Assembly: GCF_000270205.1 (NCBI RefSeq)
Contig: NC_015913.1
Coordinates: forward strand, 810,001-842,000
DNA length: 32,000 nt
DNA from: Candidatus Arthromitus sp. SFB-mouse-Japan
GTDB taxonomy: Bacteria > Bacillota > Clostridia > Clostridiales > Clostridiaceae
Reading direction: 5' to 3'
The notes below the pieces were generated by a model, which did no database searches, was not told the origin of the DNA, and saw only the letters and a list, made by a program, of their open reading frames with translations. Positions within the stretch are counted from its first letter, which is position 1; each line of letters opens with the position of its first letter. The translations under genes and the position numbers were made by a program. Below are positions 1 to 9,329 of the stretch, one piece after another.

Positions 1-336
1 TTTCAATGATACTCTAGAAACTGATGCAATACTTGGAAGTGCTTCCCCTCTAAATCCAAATGAGTTTATATTAAATAAATCTTCTTCTGATGATATTTTA
101 CTTGTGGCATGCGGAAGAAATATTTTTTCAATATCATCTCTATGAATACCTTCTCCATCATCTATAATTTCTATAGAATTTTTTCCTCCACTAGTAATTT
201 TAACTATGATATTTTTAGATTTGGCATCAATGCTATTTTCAACTAATTCTTTAACTATTGCAGCAGGTTTTTCAACAACTTCACCTGCTGCAATTTTATT
301 TGTAATGGAACTATCTAAAATATTTACTCTACTCAT
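1..336 (-). CDS. mutL: DNA mismatch repair protein MutL, N-terminal part (gene continues past the left edge of the window)
   Basis: Reverse-strand translation from the ATG at 336..334 reads [38 protein letters not shown]...[17 protein letters not shown], the GHKL-ATPase N-terminus typical of MutL. The frame is open to position 1. It is absent from the ORF track because there is no in-window stop. It lies directly downstream of mutS. Confidence 0.9.
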   Translation of the reverse strand, partial: MSRVNILDSSITNKIAAGEVVEKPAAIVKELVENSIDAKSKNIIVKITSGGKNSIEIIDDGEGIHRDDIEKIFLPHATSKISSEEDLFNINSFGFRGEALPSIASVSRVSLK

Positions 337-392
337 ATTACATCTCTTTTTTATTTATCATTTATGAAGTTTTTCAATTATCCTCATATTTT

Positions 393-2954
393 TTATAATC
401 TTTTACTATTTTCAACTAGTTCATTTAATTTAGTAAGTGCATCCATTGGAGTTATATTTAAGATATCTATGGATTTAATTTTTTTAATGAATTCTTGTGT
501 TTCATCAATTTCTTCAACAATTATTTCTTCTTGTAAGTTTTGGCATTCTATGATGTCTTTACATTCTATTTGTTTTTCTAGAGTTTTAAGTACGTTCTTA
601 GCTACATCTATAATAGATTGATTTATTCCTGCAAGTTTTGCAACTTCAATTCCATATGAATCGTCAACAGCTCCTTTTGATACTTTTCTTGAAAATATTA
701 GATTATCACCAATTTTTTTTGCAGATACACTATAATTTTTTACATTAGGTATAACTTCTTCAATTTGTGTAAGCTCATGATAATGAGTTGCAAATAATGT
801 TTTCGGTCTAACCTTGCTAATAGATGTTAAATATTCTATTATCGCATAAGCAATACTTAAACCATCATATGTACTTGTACCTCTTCCAACTTCATCAAGT
901 ATTATCAAACTATTCTGTGTGAAGTTGTCCATTATGTGAGCAACTTCCTTCATTTCAACCATAAACGTACTCCTTCCAGTAGATAGATCGTCTGATGCTC
1001 CTATTCTTGTAAAAATTTTATCGCATATGGATATTTGGGCATTTTTTGCAGGGACAAAACTCCCTATTTGAGTCATAATTACAATTAAAGCAATTTGCCT
1101 CATGAATGTTGATTTACCTGCCATGTTTGGACCGGTGATAATATGTAATTGTTCTTCAAAATTATTGAGATACACATCATTAGGAACGTAGTTAAATTTA
1201 TTTAAGAGTTTTTCAACAACTGGATGACGTGCATCAGTTATATCAATTACTCCGTCTTCGGTTATCTTAGGTTTAGTATATTTATTTTCTATCGCAACTA
1301 CTGCGAGTGAAAATAAACAATCGATCGTTGCAAGATATCTTGATACATCTTTCATTCTGATAACATTCTTCTCTATTTTATCTCTGACATCCACAAATAC
1401 TTTATATTCCAACTCATTCAATTTTTCTTCAGCAGATATAATCTTTTCTTCAAGATTTTTAAGTTCCTCTGTTATATATCTTTCAGAGTTAGATAAGGTT
1501 TGTTTTCTTATATAACGATCTTTTGGAACCGAATCATAATTAGATTTGCTTACTTCTATGTAATATCCAAAAACTCTGTTATATCCTATTTTCAATGATC
1601 TTATGCCAGTCTTTTCTTTTTCGCTGTTTTCAATATTTAAAAGACATTCCTTAGAATTAAACTTTATGTTTTTAAGTTCATCGATTTCTAGGTTATAGTT
1701 TTCTTTTATAATTGAACCATCTTTTATAGTTATACTTGCATTATCTGATATTGACTCTTCTATAAGATCATAGATATCATCAAGAACATCAAAATGGTTA
1801 TAAATATCTCTAAATAATGATGAATTAAATTGTATTAAAACTCTTTTGATATCTGGAAGAAGTTTAAGACATTTTTTTAATGCGAGCAACTCTTTTGGAT
1901 TAACCGTTAATGAGGAAATTTTAGATATTATTCTATCTATATCTGTTATTTCACACAATAATCTTTTTAAATTTGCATGGAGTTCGTATTTTTCAATTAA
2001 TTCCTCTATGCAATTTTGTCTTCTTATTATTTTCCCAATTTTAAGCAAAGGTTTTTCGATCCATTGTTTCAAAAGTCTTGAACCCATAGATGTATTTGTT
2101 TTATTTAAAACCCAAAATAAACTTGATTTTTTAGAATTATCATAAGTGTTTGTTATAAGTTCTAAATTCTTCTTAGTATTTTTATCAATAAGAAGATAGT
2201 CATGAATATTGTAGAACTCAACTTGTTTTATATTTGATAAACTCATCCTTTGAGTTTCATACACGTAGTTATAAAATCCACCAATTGAATTAAATTGATG
2301 ATTATCTGATTTCTTGATTTTGTCAATGCTTTTTGGAAGCTTTGACTTGATAAAGAATATATTTTCTCTTTTAGTTATTAGGAATTCATTTTGAAATGGT
2401 GAGAAAAACTCATCAAAATTAAAATCTTCATTAACAATAAGTTCTTTTGGAGAAAATTTCATTAGTTCATCAACTAGAAGAGAAATATCGTCCAATGATG
2501 TACTATATACTTCACCAGTAGTTATATCTCCAAAAGTTACACCAAAAACCTCATTGTCTGCGTCGTAAAAAATACTTCCGAGAAATACATTAATATAACT
2601 TTCACTTGAATTTTCATCAAAATATGTACCAGGAGTTATTATTTTAACAACATCACGATTTACGATGCCTTTAGATGAGCTAGAATCTTCTACCTGCTCA
2701 CAAATAGCAACTTTAAATCCTTTGTTTATAAGTTTATTTATATAATTAGATGATGCAACATAAGGAATGCCACACATAGGTGCTTTTTCTTCAAGTCCAC
2801 ATTCACGTCCAGTCAAAACTAGTTCTAGTTCTTTTGATGCAATTTTAGCATCTTCAAAGAACATTTCGTAAAAATCACCCAGTCTAAAAAATACTATACA
2901 ATCTTTGTATTTATCTTTAATTTGTAAATATTGGTTCATCATTGGTGTTATCAT
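393..2954 (-). CDS. mutS: DNA mismatch repair protein MutS
   Basis: 853-aa ORF. It has the N-terminal mismatch-binding motif (RLGDFYEMF), Walker A GPNMAGKST, and Walker B/MutS signature ILDEVGRGTSTYDG. The mutS-mutL synteny supports the call. Confidence 0.97.
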   Translation of the reverse strand: MITPMMNQYLQIKDKYKDCIVFFRLGDFYEMFFEDAKIASKELELVLTGRECGLEEKAPMCGIPYVASSNYINKLINKGFKVAICEQVEDSSSSKGIVNRDVVKIITPGTYFDENSSESYINVFLGSIFYDADNEVFGVTFGDITTGEVYSTSLDDISLLVDELMKFSPKELIVNEDFNFDEFFSPFQNEFLITKRENIFFIKSKLPKSIDKIKKSDNHQFNSIGGFYNYVYETQRMSLSNIKQVEFYNIHDYLLIDKNTKKNLELITNTYDNSKKSSLFWVLNKTNTSMGSRLLKQWIEKPLLKIGKIIRRQNCIEELIEKYELHANLKRLLCEITDIDRIISKISSLTVNPKELLALKKCLKLLPDIKRVLIQFNSSLFRDIYNHFDVLDDIYDLIEESISDNASITIKDGSIIKENYNLEIDELKNIKFNSKECLLNIENSEKEKTGIRSLKIGYNRVFGYYIEVSKSNYDSVPKDRYIRKQTLSNSERYITEELKNLEEKIISAEEKLNELEYKVFVDVRDKIEKNVIRMKDVSRYLATIDCLFSLAVVAIENKYTKPKITEDGVIDITDARHPVVEKLLNKFNYVPNDVYLNNFEEQLHIITGPNMAGKSTFMRQIALIVIMTQIGSFVPAKNAQISICDKIFTRIGASDDLSTGRSTFMVEMKEVAHIMDNFTQNSLIILDEVGRGTSTYDGLSIAYAIIEYLTSISKVRPKTLFATHYHELTQIEEVIPNVKNYSVSAKKIGDNLIFSRKVSKGAVDDSYGIEVAKLAGINQSIIDVAKNVLKTLEKQIECKDIIECQNLQEEIIVEEIDETQEFIKKIKSIDILNITPMDALTKLNELVENSKRL

Positions 2955-3073
2955 AATGAATTTCTCCTATCGATATTTAACTCTTTATTTTTGTTAGTTT
3001 TTTCATTGACTTCTTCCAAAAATAGTTTTACATCAATATTTGGTAGTTGTTATAAAACAACTACCATTAAGAT

Positions 3074-4417
3074 TTAAATTTGTTCTCCTTCTAATGAAAA
3101 TGATTTAGGATTTGTAATTTTAACATCCACAATCTTTCCTATAGAATTTTTATCACCAATAAAGTTTACAAGTTTACCATTATCAGTTCTTCCAGAAAGT
3201 TTAGTTTCATCATTTTTAGAATTTCCTTCAACAAGAACCTTAACAATTTTACCTTCATAAGTTTTATTTATTTCAGCACAAATTTGATTAACTGTTTCAA
3301 CAAGCCTATTAAACCTTTTATGTTTAACTTCATCAGGAATTTGATTAGGCATCATGTCAGCACCTGTGAACTTCCTATTTGAATATAGAAACATGAATGC
3401 TGAATCGTATCTAACCTCACGAACAAGATCTAATGTTTCTTCAAAATCTTCTTCAGTTTCTCCAGGAAAACCAACAATTATATCTGTTGTTATAGCAAGA
3501 TCAGGAATTAGGCTTTTAATTTTTTTGATTTTATCTAGATATTCTTCTTTTTTATAATGCCTATTCATAACTCTTAATATTCTATTTGAACCACTTTGAA
3601 CAGGAAGATGCAATTGACTGCAAACCTTATCACAATTTTTCATAACTTCAATTAAATCATCAGAAAAATCTTTAGGATGTGATGTCATATATCTAATTCT
3701 CTCTATACCATCAACCTCATTTACTTTCTTTAAAAGTTTAGGAAAATCAATATCTTCTTCTAATCCTTTTCCATAAGAGTTAACATTCTGACCTAAAAGA
3801 GTTATTTCCTTATATCCATCTTTAGCAAGTTCTCTGATTTCATTTATTATATCTTCAGATTTCCTAGATTTTTCACGTCCACGAACTTGAGGAACAATAC
3901 AATAAGTACAGAAATTATCGCAACCATACATTATAGTAACGAAAGCTTTTAAAGAGCTTTTTCTGTCTATTGTCAGTCCTTCTATAATTTCATCAGAGCC
4001 AGCCTCAATCTCGAGTATTCTTTCATCGTTCATTAAAACACGATTTAAATACTCAGGGAATTTATGTAGGTTATGTGTTCCAAATATTATGTCTACAAAA
4101 GGATATTTTTTAGATATTTCTTGTGGTATACCTTTTTGTTGCATCATACAACCGCATACAGCTATTATTAAATCTTTTTTAGATTTCTTTAATCCCTTAA
4201 GTTGTCCCAAGTTTCCATGAACTTTAAGTTCTGCATTCTCACGGACACAGCAAGTATTAAATATTATTATGTCAGCATCGTTTCGATTTTCGCACGATGA
4301 GTATCCCATAGAGATGAGCATCCCAGATAATTTTTCAGAGTCTTCTTCATTCATCTGACATCCCCATGTTTCAATGAAATACAGTTTGTCTTTTTTGTTA
4401 GTTTGCAAAAAATTCAA
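3074..4417 (-). CDS. miaB: tRNA-i6A37 methylthiotransferase MiaB (radical SAM)
   Basis: 447-aa ORF with a TTG start. It has the N-terminal MTTase Cys triad (WGCQMN, NTCCVRE, VCGCM), the radical-SAM motif CDNFCTYC, and a C-terminal TRAM-like segment ([10 protein letters not shown]...). Confidence 0.93.
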   Translation of the reverse strand: MNFLQTNKKDKLYFIETWGCQMNEEDSEKLSGMLISMGYSSCENRNDADIIIFNTCCVRENAELKVHGNLGQLKGLKKSKKDLIIAVCGCMMQQKGIPQEISKKYPFVDIIFGTHNLHKFPEYLNRVLMNDERILEIEAGSDEIIEGLTIDRKSSLKAFVTIMYGCDNFCTYCIVPQVRGREKSRKSEDIINEIRELAKDGYKEITLLGQNVNSYGKGLEEDIDFPKLLKKVNEVDGIERIRYMTSHPKDFSDDLIEVMKNCDKVCSQLHLPVQSGSNRILRVMNRHYKKEEYLDKIKKIKSLIPDLAITTDIIVGFPGETEEDFEETLDLVREVRYDSAFMFLYSNRKFTGADMMPNQIPDEVKHKRFNRLVETVNQICAEINKTYEGKIVKVLVEGNSKNDETKLSGRTDNGKLVNFIGDKNSIGKIVDVKITNPKSFSLEGEQI

Positions 4418-4539
4418 TATTAACCCTACTCTCCTTTCTTTTTATAAGAATTCGTACTAATTATAACATAAAAAGCTGAATAATTTCTAATAAAGTATGA
4501 TATAATGTATCATTGTTTAATATTAATGGAGGATGAATT

Positions 4540-4914
4540 ATGGATCAGACAAACATAAAAACAGAAGATACAATTAAAGATGAATCATTTATAAATTTGT
4601 TTTTATTAACTAATAAAAGATTTTTACCTGCATCAAAGATGGATTTAATCAGAGAAAAACTAATGAGGATGGATAAGAATGGACTTAATAGTTTGCTATC
4701 TTTAGATTTTAAAGATCCAATAACGACTTTTATGTTTTCAATTGCTTTTGGAATATTTGGTATAGATAGATTTACTATTGGGAGTATAGGAATAGGAATT
4801 TTAAAGCTATTAACATTTTGGTTTTTGGGACTAGCATTTTTTATAGATTTATTTTTTATCCAGAATGCGACAAAAGAATATAACTATAAGAAGTTATTAG
4901 AGATTACTGGGTAA
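4540..4914 (+). CDS. TM2-domain membrane protein
   Basis: 124-aa ORF with SD GGAGG upstream. The C-terminal half (FSIAFGIFGIDRFTIGSIGIGILKLLTFWFLGLAFFIDLF) fits the two-helix TM2 pattern (GxxGxDRFxxG). Confidence 0.65.
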   Translation: MDQTNIKTEDTIKDESFINLFLLTNKRFLPASKMDLIREKLMRMDKNGLNSLLSLDFKDPITTFMFSIAFGIFGIDRFTIGSIGIGILKLLTFWFLGLAFFIDLFFIQNATKEYNYKKLLEITG

Positions 4915-4916
4915 AT

Positions 4917-4950
4917 AAAAAGGAGCAAATTTATTGCTCCTTTTTATTTT
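4917..4950. terminator. Bidirectional rho-independent terminator between convergent genes
   Basis: The stem is AGGAGCAA (4921-4928) paired with TTGCTCCT (4934-4941). An A-run lies on the 5' side and a T-run on the 3' side. Confidence 0.8.
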
Positions 4951-6096
4951 TTAAGAATTCATGAATGTAAATCCCCATCCATCTTTATTAGTTGTACTTG
5001 AACTTGATCCAGAATTATTTCCACTTCCACTTGTATTATTAGATGAACTGTTTGTTTTATAGTTGAGATCTATAATTTCTTCTATAAGTCCTGCTCCTGG
5101 AAAGTCTGAAACAACAATTCCAGTAAATCTTACGTCTTTTTCTACAATATAGTTAAGTGTTAAAACATTTGTTCCTTCAAAGGCAATTGAAGAAAAGATA
5201 CCAAATCTACTAACTCTTGGGAAATCTGGATAATATGATTTAAATCCTGGTTCAGTAAGTCCAGTTAACAGCCTGCTATCTCCAGTTCCAGAACTAGAAT
5301 GACCACTTGCAACAAAATAAGGTAAAACTCCACCATGACCATTCAAATAATTTATATATCTAGTACTTTTACTATGAGAGTTATTTGTATCTGTTAAATG
5401 TTTTTTAACCTTTTCCCATTTTGAATATAAATCCCAATTAGTCGAAAGATAATTGCTATCCTGTATTCTTGCATTTTGGCTATAAGGTATAGTTTTCCAC
5501 CTTTTACCAGAATAGTCAGATAAAATAATTATTTGTCCTCTTGCTTCTCCTAGAGTAGGATTGTTTGTATTGGAACCATCAAATATATATTGACTATAAC
5601 CTGATTTTTCAAGAGTCCTCTGAACTTCTGATGCAAAATTTCCTGTTTTATCCCCATATTCAGAAATTTTAACTAGTACCACTTCTTCTTGATGTCTGTT
5701 GAGAAATTCAGAAATAGTTTTAATTACATCATTTAGACTATATCCTAAATATACCATATCTTTATGTATACCAAGATTTAATTCTCCATTATTTTTAACT
5801 GATAAATCAATAAATCGTATTCCAGACTTTAATTGAGTTTCAAGATCCATACTTTGAGTTAAAGTAAAGTCAGTATGATTTCCATATGCCATTGAATCAT
5901 GAGTTCCTGGTATAGATAACTCATTCATTGTTAGATTATCTGATAACCCAGACATCCAGTTTGATTTGTTTAAATTTACACTCGAATCGTGAGAATATCC
6001 ACTGTGAGTGTGGGAGCTTGCCTTAATAGGGACCATAAAAAAGCACAAACATAAAAATAAAGATAGAATTCTTATAACTTTTTTCAATTGTTTCAC
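4951..6096 (-). CDS. Secreted phosphatidylinositol-specific phospholipase C (PI-PLC X-domain) family protein
   Basis: 381-aa ORF with an N-terminal signal peptide (MKQLKKVIRILSLFLCLCFFMVPIKA). LSIPGTHDSMAYG matches the catalytic-His PGTHDS motif of bacterial PI-PLCs. The C-terminus is a Ser/Asn/Gly-rich tail. Confidence 0.75.
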   Translation of the reverse strand: MKQLKKVIRILSLFLCLCFFMVPIKASSHTHSGYSHDSSVNLNKSNWMSGLSDNLTMNELSIPGTHDSMAYGNHTDFTLTQSMDLETQLKSGIRFIDLSVKNNGELNLGIHKDMVYLGYSLNDVIKTISEFLNRHQEEVVLVKISEYGDKTGNFASEVQRTLEKSGYSQYIFDGSNTNNPTLGEARGQIIILSDYSGKRWKTIPYSQNARIQDSNYLSTNWDLYSKWEKVKKHLTDTNNSHSKSTRYINYLNGHGGVLPYFVASGHSSSGTGDSRLLTGLTEPGFKSYYPDFPRVSRFGIFSSIAFEGTNVLTLNYIVEKDVRFTGIVVSDFPGAGLIEEIIDLNYKTNSSSNNTSGSGNNSGSSSSTTNKDGWGFTFMNS

Positions 6097-6302
6097 CTCT
6101 TGAAAATTTACAAATTTTATTAAAAAATTTGAATTTATTAAACTTTCGTTTACCTTTCATTAATACTTTACCATTTATAAGAAATTTTTTAAATAGTTTT
6201 AAAGATATTTTAAAAATTATGAATAAATAGTTAAAAAATAATTTACCAATTATTAATATTATGTTATTATGTGCTCATAATTTTTATATATGGAGTTTTA
6301 AA

Positions 6303-6653
6303 ATGAATAAAAATAAATTTGTAATTGACTCTATTGTAACGCTATCATCGTCTATCATTTTTTTAAGTAGTACATATCAAATGGTTCATGCAATAAAACC
6401 AATTTCAATAAAATTACCTGCTAATTTTCCAGATGTTACAGCTAAATCTAGTAGTTCTAGAAAACCATCACCACTTCAAAGAACTTCACTAGGTAGGACA
6501 CCTATAAAAGATCCAAGCACTTCAAATAAATTTGGATTGCAAAGAGATGGATTTGCTAGAAGTCCTGTAAGATACCCAGATAGCAGCAGGGATCCACGAA
6601 AAGTACCGAGAATTACTAGGGATAGATATAACAATTTTGGATTTAAAAAATGA
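6303..6653 (+). CDS. Small secreted, highly basic Pro/Ser/Arg-rich protein (paralog of 8804..9112)
   Basis: ATG at 6303 is preceded by TGGAG. The signal peptide is MNKNKFVIDSIVTLSSSIIFLSSTYQMVHA. The mature part is low-complexity and basic. The upstream part of tracked ORF 6261.. lacks an SD. Confidence 0.6.
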   Translation: MNKNKFVIDSIVTLSSSIIFLSSTYQMVHAIKPISIKLPANFPDVTAKSSSSRKPSPLQRTSLGRTPIKDPSTSNKFGLQRDGFARSPVRYPDSSRDPRKVPRITRDRYNNFGFKK

Positions 6654-6668
6654 AATAAATAAATATAT

Positions 6669-6711
6669 AGTGTCTCTTTATTCCTATATAGGAAAAGAGG
6701 CACTTTTTTTG
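6669..6711 (+). terminator. Rho-independent terminator
   Basis: A long hairpin pairs AGTGTCTCTTT with AAAGAGGCACT, with an inner palindrome TTCCTATATAGGAA, and is followed by T7. Confidence 0.8.
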
Positions 6712-6762
6712 TCTATTTTATGGTCTATGAGAAAAAGATTGATATATAACTGTTCTATGTGT

Positions 6763-6794
6763 TATACTGTTATCATTAATAATATAACAGTATA
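6763..6794. promoter_or_regulatory. Candidate GntR/YtrA-type operator (inverted repeat)
   Basis: TATACTGTTAT (6763-6773) and ATAACAGTATA (6784-6794) are perfect inverted repeats separated by 10 bp, immediately upstream of the GntR gene SD. A related half-site ATATAACTGTT lies at ~6744. Confidence 0.45.
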
Positions 6795-6807
6795 GTCAGT
6801 TGGGAGG

Positions 6808-7188
6808 GTGATTGTGAAACTCATTATTTCAAATATATCGGGAGTACCAATATATGAGCAAATTAAACAACAAATTAAATCAGCTATAATGTCTGGTGAT
6901 TTGAAAAAAGATGAAACACTTCCTTCACTACGCACGCTTTCTAAAGAATTAAAAATTAGTGTTTTGACTGTAACTAGAGCGTATACGGAATTGGAACAAG
7001 AAGGTTTCGTAAAGAATATCCAAGGACGAGGTTGTTTTGTCTTAGGGCAAGGTTCTGAACTTTTAAGGGAACAACTTATTTGTAAAATAGAAAACAATTT
7101 ATTGGAAGCAATAAATACGGCACGTGTTGCGAACATTTCTAAAGAAGAATTACATAACCTTTTAAATATTTTAATGGAGGAAAAATAA
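6808..7188 (+). CDS. GntR-family (short YtrA-like) transcriptional regulator
   Basis: The winged-HTH segment LPSLRTLSKELKISVLTVTRAYTELEQEGFV is typical of GntR. The ~125-aa size and coupling to an ABC transporter are typical of the YtrA subfamily. The true start may be the GTG at 6814, given SD GGGAGG at 6802-6807. Confidence 0.85.
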   Translation: MIVKLIISNISGVPIYEQIKQQIKSAIMSGDLKKDETLPSLRTLSKELKISVLTVTRAYTELEQEGFVKNIQGRGCFVLGQGSELLREQLICKIENNLLEAINTARVANISKEELHNLLNILMEEK

Positions 7189-8049
7189 ATGGATAATTAT
7201 CTAGAGGTAATAAATCTATCAAAGTCTTTTAAAAGTTTCCAATTACATGATATTACCTTTACACTTCCCAAAGGATATATTATGGGATTGATTGGACCGA
7301 ATGGATCTGGGAAAACAACTACAATAAAACTTATATTAAATATGATAAAACGTACGGATGGTGAAGTGAAAATTTTAGGGTTTGATAATATCATCGATGA
7401 AAAGGAAGCAAAGAAAAATTTAGGAGTTGTTTTTGACTCTAATTATTTTAATGATGAATGGAAAGTTTCACAAATTGAAAAATCTATATCATCATTTTAT
7501 AAAAATTGGGATACGCAAAAATTTTCAAAAATACTAAAGCAGTTTCATATTTTGCCTTCTAAGAAAGTAAAAGAATTATCGAAAGGTATGCAAATGAAAC
7601 TTATGCTTGCATGTGCTTTTTCATATGACGCAAAATTATTGATATTAGATGAGCCCACTAGTGGTCTTGATCCTGTTTCAAGAGATGAACTTCTTGATAT
7701 TTTATTGGAATATATCGAAGATGGTGAACACAGTGTTTTATTCTCTACACATATTACTGAGGATTTAGAACATGTTGCTGATTATATTACTTATATCAAT
7801 TATGGAGAATTATTTTTTAGTGGAAATAAAGATGAATTCGTAGATATGTTTCAGATAGTCAAAGGAGGATGTGAAGAATTATCTGAATATTTAAGTAAAA
7901 AAATGATTAATATCAGAAATTTTGCTACTGGATTTGAAGCTCTTATTAAAACTGAGGATTCAAATTACTTTGCACATTTAAATATTGAACCAGCAACTAT
8001 TAATGATATTATTATATTTACTAGTAATAGAGGTGAAAGGTATGAGTAA
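7189..8049 (+). CDS. ABC transporter ATP-binding protein
   Basis: Walker A GPNGSGKTT, signature LSKGMQMKL, Walker B LLILDEPTSGLD, and H-loop STH are all present. The start abuts the GntR stop. Confidence 0.93.
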   Translation: MDNYLEVINLSKSFKSFQLHDITFTLPKGYIMGLIGPNGSGKTTTIKLILNMIKRTDGEVKILGFDNIIDEKEAKKNLGVVFDSNYFNDEWKVSQIEKSISSFYKNWDTQKFSKILKQFHILPSKKVKELSKGMQMKLMLACAFSYDAKLLILDEPTSGLDPVSRDELLDILLEYIEDGEHSVLFSTHITEDLEHVADYITYINYGELFFSGNKDEFVDMFQIVKGGCEELSEYLSKKMINIRNFATGFEALIKTEDSNYFAHLNIEPATINDIIIFTSNRGERYE

Positions 8050-8695
8050 TATTTGGAAATTAACAAAATTGGACTTTTATATAATAAAACCATATATGAA
8101 ATCAATATATTTAAGAATGTTAATACCTATTATTTTTGCTGCTATTAATCGTTCTTTGATAGCAGGAATTTCATTTGCAATGTTTTTTGTACCTACAACA
8201 ATAACTCTATATACTTTTTCCATTATAGAAAAGAATTCTATGGAACGACTTTATAGTATTTTGCCAATCCAAAAGAGTGAAGAAGTTATTGGAAGATATA
8301 CTTCTTCCATTATAATAGGTTTAATTTCATTAATATTTTCTTTAATTTCTCAATCTATTATATTAATGATTTTAGGGGAATTTGTTAGTGTGTTTGAATT
8401 TATATTGTCTACTTTTATAGGAATAATACTCTTTATTTTTTATCTCTCTTTTCAATTACCTGGATATTATAAATTCGGGTTTATTAAAGGCAAAATATTT
8501 ATGTATATTCCTCTTGTTGGATTCCTCATAACGTTTTTTTTAATTATAAAAGTTTCTACCAATATAATTAATTTATTTTCATTTATTGATAATTCACCTA
8601 CCTTATTTATGTCGTCGTTCATAATTTTTACAATTATAACACTTATTATTTCTGTATTAATATCTATTAAAATATTGAAAAATAAAGAGATATGA
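8042..8695 (+). CDS. ABC-2-type transporter permease (multi-TM)
   Basis: The ATG at 8042 overlaps the ATPase stop (ATGAGTAA) and follows GGTGAAAGG. The protein has ~6 hydrophobic helices. The tracked ORF start at 7985 is probably too far upstream. Confidence 0.75.
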   Translation: MSNIWKLTKLDFYIIKPYMKSIYLRMLIPIIFAAINRSLIAGISFAMFFVPTTITLYTFSIIEKNSMERLYSILPIQKSEEVIGRYTSSIIIGLISLIFSLISQSIILMILGEFVSVFEFILSTFIGIILFIFYLSFQLPGYYKFGFIKGKIFMYIPLVGFLITFFLIIKVSTNIINLFSFIDNSPTLFMSSFIIFTIITLIISVLISIKILKNKEI

Positions 8696-8803
8696 TAAAA
8701 AATATGGATTTTACTATATTAACTCTTCTATAATAAATTTGAATTCTTTGTTAATAATATATTATAATTAATTCATAAGTTTTATATGTAGGAGTTAATA
8801 ATA

Positions 8804-9112
8804 ATGAATAGAAATAAACCTTCAATTATCTACAAATCAGTTGCAGCATTGTCATTATCTATTATATTTTTAGGACTTGGGAAACAAACATCTCAGGCAT
8901 TAAAATTCAGTTCAATTAAAGTGACTAATTGGTTACCGGGTTTTAAATTTAACACAAATAGTGGTGGGGGTAGTAATTTAGGTAAATTAAAAAGCCAAAT
9001 ATCTACTAATGATAATGTAGGTGTAAATTTGAAAGGTATTAGTGATCCTAATGGTGATTTTCCTAGGAAGCCTGCTCCTAGTGGTTTAGTATTTAGACTT
9101 AAATGTTTATAG
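8804..9112 (+). CDS. Small secreted protein (paralog of 6303..6653)
   Basis: SD AGGAG precedes the start. The signal peptide MNRNKPSIIYKSVAALSLSIIFLGLGKQTSQA, the first mature residues (LKFSSIKV vs IKPISIKL) and the 5' leader all resemble those of 6303..6653. Confidence 0.6.
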   Translation: MNRNKPSIIYKSVAALSLSIIFLGLGKQTSQALKFSSIKVTNWLPGFKFNTNSGGGSNLGKLKSQISTNDNVGVNLKGISDPNGDFPRKPAPSGLVFRLKCL

Positions 9113-9157
9113 ACTAAATTTAGTTTTAACTTCAAAACAGCAAATATCTGAATGAAT

Positions 9158-9199
9158 ACAGTATAATTATTCTTATACAGAATGTTATACTGTTTTTTT
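9158..9199 (+). terminator. Rho-independent terminator
   Basis: ACAGTATAA (9158-9166) pairs with TTATACTGT (9185-9193) and is followed by T7. Confidence 0.75.
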
Positions 9200-9329
9200 A
9201 TTATTTATTTAGGTTAACTATTAAAAAATTGATAAAATCATTATTTAATTCTAAAATATTGATATAATACATAATGAAATATTTTAATAATTTTTAAATT
9301 GTTTACTAAATAAGTTAGGATGTGATTAT

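Noticed and set aside
364-3557. Plus-strand ORFs 364..621, 1846..2145 and 3354..3557
   Set aside because: They lie entirely antisense within the well-supported mutS and miaB genes. They have low-complexity Ser/Ile/Phe-rich translations and no SD. They are typical shadow ORFs of AT-rich DNA.
6476-7394. Minus-strand ORFs 6476..6703, 6762..7136 and 7197..7394
   Set aside because: They are antisense to the small secreted gene, the GntR gene and the ABC ATPase. They have no SD and no recognisable motifs, and the sense-strand genes have clear family signatures.
8893-9135. Minus-strand ORF 8893..9135
   Set aside because: It is antisense to 8804..9112. That gene has an SD, a signal peptide and a paralog, whereas the antisense ORF has none of these.
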